A DNA stretch of 64,000 bases from Calditrichia bacterium. Its GTDB lineage: Bacteria > Calditrichota > Calditrichia > RBG-13-44-9 > J075. The notes beneath the pieces were generated by a model that worked only from the letters and a program-made list of their open reading frames with translations, made no database searches and had not been told where the DNA came from. The stretch is from positions 1 through 64,000 of the forward strand of contig JBOEGD010000004.1 in the NCBI GenBank assembly GCA_050633245.1, in the 5' to 3' direction. This document shows positions 57,518 to 64,000 of the stretch, piece by piece. How positions within the stretch are numbered: position 1 is the stretch's first letter; each line of letters starts with the position of its first letter. The position numbers and the translations under genes are program-made.

Positions 57518-59182
57518 CTATCGGCGAATCCCGATAAGTGTCCAGTTGTTTTGATCATCTGCTTCCAGATACACTGACACAGCTTTGTTCCAACCGCCGT
57601 CGGTTTTCTTTGCACTGATGCTCACTTCGTATTGTTCACCAGCCACCGCACTTACATCAGAAAGTAAGACGCGCCTTTCCGTCTGGTCTACCAACTTCTT
57701 TCCCATTATGCTGACCTGATATTCTGGCGAATCCATCAATCCGGTCTCTGCGGCAATATCGCGAAAAGCAAGTGCTGTTGCACCATCGGCTGTTTGTTCT
57801 AGCTGGAACTGATCGAGTGGACTGAGGCGATTGAAGGCATAGCGACCTACTTTATCCCGACGCTGAATAAGGGTCTGAAGAATGTAGGCCTCAGCTTGCG
57901 GATCTGAATATTGTCCCTTTTGCACTGCCAGGCGAAGCTGTTCATTGGTAAAAGACATAATAATGCGCGCAGCCCAAAAAGCATCTCTGGCCGTCATATT
58001 TTCAAAGGCCGGATTGGGAATTTGCGGCTTGTAGTCTTCAGGTTCAAAGGTTTCGGCATCAAATACACCAACTGCCGGATAGCGCGTTTTATCTTTGTTC
58101 TCCCACGGATGAACATAGAAGCCAAGAGTGACGAAATTAAACATCATTCGGTTCGGATCGAAATCATTCTCATGGCCTCGCCAAATGTGATTCGGACCCC
58201 AAGATGCGCTGCCCAGTGTTGCACCAAAGTCGATGAGATTATGTCTGACAAAAGAGCGGCCATCTTCCTCGATAAACATATCTAGACTGTTGCCGTCCTT
58301 TGTATCAAAGTGATTTAGCCAGGCACTGAACAATCTTAAGCCACGCAGTTCACGCCGATGCTGATGGGGAATGAAGTCGTTGGGATCATCCTTGCGCACG
58401 CCCTTATATTTGAAGGGCCCTAGCGGCTTACCAGGGAGCCACTTACTGGCAAGTGCCCGGATTCTTCCATCCGGTAGAAAGTCGACCTTTTCGAATAGTT
58501 TGTCCAGATCGCTTTCCAGCATTAAGCGCTTTTCACCTTTTTCATCGGTGAACTTTACGCCTTCACCCAATTTCAAAATCTTTGGGTGAAAAACGACAAT
58601 ATAGTTTTCAGGAACAAAATAGCCCATCGCGTGAAACAGAGTGGTGGAAACCACTTCAGCACCGGAGGCTATCTCGCGAAATCCTTTGGGATCAAATTTT
58701 ATCAGATAGCCATCGCCGCGGGAATCGCGAATAGCAAAACCGGGTGTTACCCCCTGGCTCTTGGCACTGATAATTGTCCATGCTGCTTCGGTGTCGGGGC
58801 CGGTTCCACGGTCGGGGCCTCTGGCAAAATCGTCCTCTGTGGCAGAGCTCAGGTGATGACGGTTTGTAAACCAGCTGGAATTGAAAACTTCGTCAAAAGC
58901 ATCCACGTTGAATGCTTCTTTTGGCTTATTGAAAAGTCTGCGGCCGGCTCGGGACAGACTGAGGCCTTCTTCAATTTGAAGGCTGAACACTTTATCAAAG
59001 CTTTCTGCCGCAGGAATGATTTTCTGTTCCGCCGGCTCAGCAATATTTTCCATGTCCGACGGTGGTCGAAGCGGTGCGGTAAATTGCTTCGAACTGCTGC
59101 ATGAGAATAGCAAAAGTGTTATCAGGCAAGCGATGATTAGTCTTACAGGTGATATATGCTTCATAAGAGAATCCTGATTCAT
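57518..59182 (-). CDS. Exported lipoprotein with a protein-kinase-like fold (hypothetical)
   Basis: Lipobox LFSC; KSQGVTPG, YLIKFD, GAEVV, NHFDTKDGN (HxDxKxxN), LIDFG. Confidence 0.75.
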   Translation of the reverse strand: MNQDSLMKHISPVRLIIACLITLLLFSCSSSKQFTAPLRPPSDMENIAEPAEQKIIPAAESFDKVFSLQIEEGLSLSRAGRRLFNKPKEAFNVDAFDEVFNSSWFTNRHHLSSATEDDFARGPDRGTGPDTEAAWTIISAKSQGVTPGFAIRDSRGDGYLIKFDPKGFREIASGAEVVSTTLFHAMGYFVPENYIVVFHPKILKLGEGVKFTDEKGEKRLMLESDLDKLFEKVDFLPDGRIRALASKWLPGKPLGPFKYKGVRKDDPNDFIPHQHRRELRGLRLFSAWLNHFDTKDGNSLDMFIEEDGRSFVRHNLIDFGATLGSASWGPNHIWRGHENDFDPNRMMFNFVTLGFYVHPWENKDKTRYPAVGVFDAETFEPEDYKPQIPNPAFENMTARDAFWAARIIMSFTNEQLRLAVQKGQYSDPQAEAYILQTLIQRRDKVGRYAFNRLSPLDQFQLEQTADGATALAFRDIAAETGLMDSPEYQVSIMGKKLVDQTERRVLLSDVSAVAGEQYEVSISAKKTDGGWNKAVSVYLEADDQNNWTLIGIRR

Positions 59183-59199
59183 TTTTAGTCGTTGGTCTT

Positions 59200-60495
59200 T
59201 TAGTCGATGCTTAGGATGAGTCGAAAGCCATCGGAGCTGAAGCCCACTTCAAATTTTGTAAGGAGCCCACTCTGCTTCCAAACGCGAAATCCCAATCCAT
59301 AAGTTACTTCCAGATTGTCTGCATTGAAACTGTCATACAGATCGGGAGTAACCTTGCCGGCATCGACAAAGAACAACGCACTTATGCTCTCTTTCGTCGT
59401 GCGATTGCGTAGCGGGAAGCGATACTCAGCAGAGCCTAATAGCATATCTTCATCATGAAAGCGACCTCGTGGAAAACCACGAACGGTTTCCTGACTACCA
59501 ATTTCACTTAGATAGTAGAACGGTATTTCTTTGTCGTCCCGGGCTGCAACATCTTCTGCCGCAAGGCGAAGAACTAATGTCCGCTCTTTGAACAAATTAA
59601 AGTGTTGGGATAGATCCACTCCGGTGCGCGTAAACCCGTATTGCTCTTCATCTCCCATTTGAGAATAGAGGCCGGTATGAAACGAAGCGAGAAATCCGCT
59701 GGATGGATTGCCAAGACTGTTTGTGCCATTATATTCCAGACTTATCGCAGCGCGTCCTAACTTGACACCGGTTTCGACACCGGAAAGCGTGGTCAGATCA
59801 AAAACTTCGCCGAGCTGATCACGAGTAGAGCTTCGTCCGGGCAGAATATTATTGATCTCATAACCGAAGGTCAAATCTGTTTTTAAGCGGGGCGTAAAGT
59901 TAGGACCAAGGTTTAACTCAAATGCCGCCATTTCTCGCGCGTAGTTTGCGCGATCTTCTTCAGGGGCATTGATGCCGACGCCAAAGAACGATTCATCCGG
60001 CATATTGTAATAGCCGGCAGATGCACCGATGACCAGATTTCCGTTCAGTATGGTAATGCGTTTTGCAGATAGTTCATATGCCTGTCTACGAAGTAGGCCA
60101 ATCGACGCTTTTGGCGTAAGACGGCCACCAGGCGTGATAAAGTCTTTCCAGAAGAACTTTAATCCAAACCCGCTGCGCGAAGAGTAAATGGGTCTCAGCC
60201 CGCGCTTACCATCATCTGAGGTTAGCGCACTCGCAATGCGAGGAAGCAAATGATTGTCATAAACTACAGCAATGCCTGAACTGGTGGCACCAAAGATCAG
60301 CCTAAAGGGGAGAAATATAATTTCCCCTGGTAAATCAATGACTTTTTCAAAATTGCTTTTCGATGTGTAATCACTTTTCTTTGCAGTTGCAGTTGAATCC
60401 TGAACTGCCTGCAGCGAAGAAATACCGAAAAGTAGCGATGTGCTCACGACGAGGCGCAATACATTAGCTCTAAGAAATTTGTCGAAAAACATCAT
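59200..60495 (-). CDS. Omp85/BamA-TamA superfamily beta-barrel without POTRA domains
   Basis: Signal peptide; IGSQETVRGFPRGRF, SAEYRFPL, FVDAGKV, YGLGFR. Confidence 0.85.
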   Translation of the reverse strand: MMFFDKFLRANVLRLVVSTSLLFGISSLQAVQDSTATAKKSDYTSKSNFEKVIDLPGEIIFLPFRLIFGATSSGIAVVYDNHLLPRIASALTSDDGKRGLRPIYSSRSGFGLKFFWKDFITPGGRLTPKASIGLLRRQAYELSAKRITILNGNLVIGASAGYYNMPDESFFGVGINAPEEDRANYAREMAAFELNLGPNFTPRLKTDLTFGYEINNILPGRSSTRDQLGEVFDLTTLSGVETGVKLGRAAISLEYNGTNSLGNPSSGFLASFHTGLYSQMGDEEQYGFTRTGVDLSQHFNLFKERTLVLRLAAEDVAARDDKEIPFYYLSEIGSQETVRGFPRGRFHDEDMLLGSAEYRFPLRNRTTKESISALFFVDAGKVTPDLYDSFNADNLEVTYGLGFRVWKQSGLLTKFEVGFSSDGFRLILSID

Positions 60496-60595
60496 AAATT
60501 AGTCCGATATAGTTTCCGGCAGACGTGAGGATCAGCAATGACTCTTTTTAAGCCTGCCATGTACTTGGTGAAGTGCTTAATAGGAGTAAAAGGAA

Positions 60596-60626
60596 ATTCC
60601 CGATTAATTGTTCCTAAATCGGGAAT
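60596..60626. promoter_or_regulatory. Perfect 10-bp inverted repeat between the two divergent Omp85-type genes
   Basis: ATTCCCGATT-N11-AATCGGGAAT. Confidence 0.45.
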
Positions 60627-60778
60627 GCTCTTTTAACCTGAATGTCGAAAGTTTACTGATCAGAGCTGATAAAGTCAAATAAAACCATAATATTTTTAGT
60701 GGAAATGTAATATATTTTGCCCTATCCTGTTCATCTCAACAATATGCTGCCGCTATTTCTATTTAAAGGTATACTGTA

Positions 60779-61915
60779 ATGAAATCTTGCCAAACTGTTT
60801 TTTTCTCTATAATTCTTCTGACCTTTGCTGCTGTCAACTTTGGATTCGCAAAAGAAAAAAAGCAAATTGCTGGAAAAATGCCTGTTGAACGAACTGATTC
60901 AACCAAGACATCCTTTGTTGCGCTGCCTTATGCTTTTTACGCACCTGAAACCAACCTGGCTTTTGGAGCCGGAGTCTTTTATTCATATTTACAGACAGGA
61001 AGCAGGGTAGGGGGCAGACCGGCAACCGTGAAAAGTTCATTTACTTATACACTAAATAATCAGCTGCTTTTTGTCCTTTGGCCGGAGCTCTATTTTGATG
61101 ATGAGCGCTACTTCTTTGAGGCGTATTTGAATTACTTTAAATATCCCAGTCAGTTTTACGGCATTGGAAATAATGCAAATGACGAATTTGAGGATTATAC
61201 GCCGACAATCTACCGAGCCTGGCTAAATGGAATGCGCCGCGTGCTACCGGGCTTGTATGTCGGCGCAAAGTTTCAATATGAGTATACGCGGATTGATGAG
61301 TCAGAAGATCCGGCTGAGAACCCGATGGCCATTCTACGAAACGGCACGCTTGCAGGAAGTGAACCGAACCACATTGCGGGTCTTGGCGCTTCCATAGAGT
61401 ATGATACCCGAGATAACCTCAACTACCCTCTTGGAGGTCGATATTATCAACTTAGTGCAATTTTTCATGATGGCGCCTTCGGCAGCGACTATGCCTTTAA
61501 CAGTTTCTATGTAGACCTGCGAGAGTATTTACAGCTGACCGGTGATCATGTAATTGCGCTTCAGGCGGTATGTAGCCTTAAAACAGGAGACGTGCCGTTT
61601 CACCAGCAGTCGTTGTTTGGCGGTCAATTCTTAATGCGTGGATATTTACAAGGTCGCTTCAGAGATGATCAAATGGTCGCAGTACAGGGGGAATATCGAA
61701 TGCCGCTTTGGAAGCGATTGAAGTTGGTAACGCTGGTTGGGGCAGGTGAGGTCGCAGACAGCTATGGCAATCTACAGCTCAGTCGCTTAAAAGCGGCAGC
61801 GGGAATAGGTTTACGCTATCTCTTCTCGGCAAAGGATCGAATTCATCTTCGTGTCGATTTTGCCTTTCTCGGTGGGCAATTTGGGCCTTACGCCAATGTT
61901 TTGGAAAGTTTTTAG
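60779..61915 (+). CDS. Second POTRA-less Omp85/BamA-TamA superfamily barrel
   Basis: LPYAFYAPET..AFG, YDTRDN..YP..G, MRGYLQGRFRD, QGEYR, GIGLRY, terminal F. Confidence 0.85.
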   Translation: MKSCQTVFFSIILLTFAAVNFGFAKEKKQIAGKMPVERTDSTKTSFVALPYAFYAPETNLAFGAGVFYSYLQTGSRVGGRPATVKSSFTYTLNNQLLFVLWPELYFDDERYFFEAYLNYFKYPSQFYGIGNNANDEFEDYTPTIYRAWLNGMRRVLPGLYVGAKFQYEYTRIDESEDPAENPMAILRNGTLAGSEPNHIAGLGASIEYDTRDNLNYPLGGRYYQLSAIFHDGAFGSDYAFNSFYVDLREYLQLTGDHVIALQAVCSLKTGDVPFHQQSLFGGQFLMRGYLQGRFRDDQMVAVQGEYRMPLWKRLKLVTLVGAGEVADSYGNLQLSRLKAAAGIGLRYLFSAKDRIHLRVDFAFLGGQFGPYANVLESF

Positions 61916-62674
61916 CGGAAAACCTGTCACATCAAACCCCTTAATCGAGAACTGACGTTTTAGATTGCGAAACCAGCCATTGCGTGGCAACAGGTTGCGC
62001 TGTAGATTTTGGATAATGCGTTCTTTAAATATCGTATCGATAAAACGCTGCGGACTCGGCGCCAGAAAATAACCCCCTCCAATTAGTAAATACAGAAGCA
62101 GCGATAGCGGCACATTCTTCGAATCGAATAGCTTTAATGCTGTTCCAAAGGACTTCTTTATTTTCTTATTCTCAAGATCGACGCTAAAAATTTCATCGAG
62201 AATAAGATGAACCATATACCCAAAGAACACGAAGAAGCCAACTGCCCAAGACATCAGAGAGGTGTATGCCAGTGAATTGTAGCAAAATATTGTTGTAACA
62301 ATCCATGCGACGCCACCTGCCGGGACGGAGTGAAATAGACCGCGATGAACGGTGTACTTACTAAAAGCTGTAAAAATTACAAAGTTGATAACCAGATAGA
62401 AAACAATCCAGATAATCAGTAGCTCTGCGATGGAAAACAGGCTGCTCTGAATAAACATTAACAGGAATGAGAAGAAAACGGCAAAGATCCCAAAGAGCAC
62501 CTTCAGAATAATTGAATTATCTGAATCTACGTCTGGTAAAAGCCCGCCGATTGTGCCGGCTGTAAAGTAGACTAGCACATCTTCAGAAGACGCAATTTGC
62601 GCTCCGAGAAGTGATGTGGATAAGATACCGCTTAATGCAGCAGCAGTCGTTAGATGTGTTTTAAAGTTTGCCAC
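61811..62674 (-). CDS. Membrane-bound metal-dependent hydrolase (YdjM/DUF457-like)
   Basis: (M)ANFKTH, GGLLPDVDSD, HRGLFHS, GYMVHLILDE; GTG start at 62674 (track 62704). Confidence 0.85.
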   Translation of the reverse strand: MANFKTHLTTAAALSGILSTSLLGAQIASSEDVLVYFTAGTIGGLLPDVDSDNSIILKVLFGIFAVFFSFLLMFIQSSLFSIAELLIIWIVFYLVINFVIFTAFSKYTVHRGLFHSVPAGGVAWIVTTIFCYNSLAYTSLMSWAVGFFVFFGYMVHLILDEIFSVDLENKKIKKSFGTALKLFDSKNVPLSLLLYLLIGGGYFLAPSPQRFIDTIFKERIIQNLQRNLLPRNGWFRNLKRQFSIKGFDVTGFPLKTFQNIGVRPKLPTEKGKIDTKMNSILCREEIA

Positions 62675-62748
62675 AAATACATCATTGTTTTCGCGTGAAT
62701 GCAATATTCTTCTGTCCCGGCAAATGTTACAACATTACCGGCATATTT

Positions 62749-64000
62749 TCAATACGTTGCCGCTGTCCTTTTTAAATCTATTAAAAACTCTTCCAGAGCA
62801 GCAGCCGTGGGGTCGAGATCCTGAAGCAAGTGATCCAGAGAATAGATCACCTGACGATCCGGTTCGATTCTTGTTGGAAAGGATGAATAGTCCGGTTTAA
62901 GCCACCGGCTCGTGGTTAGCTTGAGCGTAAGTCCGGAAGGGAGTTGATGGCTTTTTTCGCTGCCCAACTGAGTCGAGACGTCATAGCCAACGTGATATGA
63001 ATGTGAAAATAACTCTCGGGCAGCTTCCAGCGCAATCGAGGCGTGAGGTGATGTTGCCCGATCGCTAAGCCAAATGAGCGTTCCCGAGAATCCGACAGAT
63101 GCTTTTTTAGGCGTTGCCAGCAAATAGTGCGGATCACTAAAGTAGGCCGAATCTGCAGGTGGTTGTTGCGCTGCCGCTATTGCCATAAGAATCTTGCGTT
63201 CTGCCGTATTCCAGTGAGATGATTGCAGCGGATGAAAGCTGCCGTTTGGGTTAAATCCGGCTTTGTCGTTAGCGTCTCTCCATTCATCGCAGCGATATTG
63301 TTCGATTGCCAGAAGCTGGGGTTTGGACTCTGGTGAAAGCAACAAGCTGATAAGATCGGCGAAAATGTCAATGTCTATATCGGCGGTCTGGCGTAAATCA
63401 ATGACCAAAACATCATCATCATTCCGGACTTTAACTCTTTTTTCAAGATTCGTAAGTCGGGCCTCTGAAGTCAGTCCTGATAGGGATATATAGGCATATG
63501 AGTCGGACCGCAATTCAGAGAGGATCTGATTCTTAGAGAAGACAGGCAATTTCGATTGCGCTGAGAACTCCTGTACCAGCGTGTGCGCTCCATCCGCAGA
63601 TTCCAGCGCGAGCAGAACGGTTTGGTTTGGTTCAACTCCAAAGCGTTGCGAAACCAAATTGATACGACTCATATCTAATGTGGCTGAACTTTGACGGGAT
63701 AGGTATTGGATATTATCACCAAATATTTTGTCTGCTGCTTGAAGCCAATCGTTAACCGGCACCGTATTTATTTGATGAACGAATGGGTGTTGTGGGCTTA
63801 ATAGTTTATTGCCTACACCGGTGCAGGCAACAAAGCGTTTATTCATTTGTTGTATTCGAAATGGAGAAAATGCATTTTTTGCGGTGATAGTACCTTCTTC
63901 GAACCGAATCTGGCTCCCGGCATCCTGACAAAGAGAAATAAACAGTTGAAGCTCAGCATAAAAATCTTTTTTCGGTAGTTTATCTTTTCCAAGATATCTG
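62749..64000 (-). CDS. Divergent S41 (tail-specific protease)-like protein, 5' end outside the window
   Basis: Frame stays open from 63846 to the window edge; YAYISL, VIDLR, LPSGLTLKLTTSRW..P, IEPDR; canonical active-site motifs are degenerate. Confidence 0.55.
   Translation of the reverse strand, partial: RYLGKDKLPKKDFYAELQLFISLCQDAGSQIRFEEGTITAKNAFSPFRIQQMNKRFVACTGVGNKLLSPQHPFVHQINTVPVNDWLQAADKIFGDNIQYLSRQSSATLDMSRINLVSQRFGVEPNQTVLLALESADGAHTLVQEFSAQSKLPVFSKNQILSELRSDSYAYISLSGLTSEARLTNLEKRVKVRNDDDVLVIDLRQTADIDIDIFADLISLLLSPESKPQLLAIEQYRCDEWRDANDKAGFNPNGSFHPLQSSHWNTAERKILMAIAAAQQPPADSAYFSDPHYLLATPKKASVGFSGTLIWLSDRATSPHASIALEAARELFSHSYHVGYDVSTQLGSEKSHQLPSGLTLKLTTSRWLKPDYSSFPTRIEPDRQVIYSLDHLLQDLDPTAAALEEFLIDLKRTAATY

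Noticed and set aside
62855-62880. tRNA T-arm-like GGTTCGATTC
   Set aside because: It lies inside a CDS and no cloverleaf forms around it.

Overview
This is a bacterial chromosomal window of roughly 45% GC (estimated by eye). Eight secreted proteins end in a '(N/A)YPNPFN'-type C-terminal sorting domain, and AGGAG Shine-Dalgarno sites are clear. This points to an FCB-related or Calditrichota/KSB1-like lineage rather than Bacteroidota (inference). In order, the window holds: a GH13 debranching enzyme-crcB-GH13 amylase operon; a heptamer-based 35-bp tandem repeat; a secreted endonuclease I; an XRE repressor flanked by two paralogous small Cys/His-rich proteins, with a visible operator and promoter; a porin-small binding protein-sensor kinase operon; an ECF sigma/anti-sigma pair with two matching promoters; a run of secreted proteins (FG-GAP, M30-like, SBBP, two M23); and a large phosphate-scavenging region (pstS, phoBR, two TonB-dependent receptors, an internally duplicated secreted protein, an NPP phosphodiesterase, phoA) with 11-bp-periodic Pho-box-like repeats. 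The best candidate for an undescribed system is the minus-strand cluster at 54.3-60.5 kb. It encodes an Omp85-type barrel, an exported lipoprotein with intact protein-kinase motifs (K, E, HxDxKxxN, DFG), an exported metallophosphoesterase, an atypical cNMP-binding protein, a sensorless histidine kinase and an output-less receiver, and it runs into phoA. I found no rRNA, tRNA, CRISPR array, integrase or transposase. All calls come from reading motifs by eye; no database searches were run.
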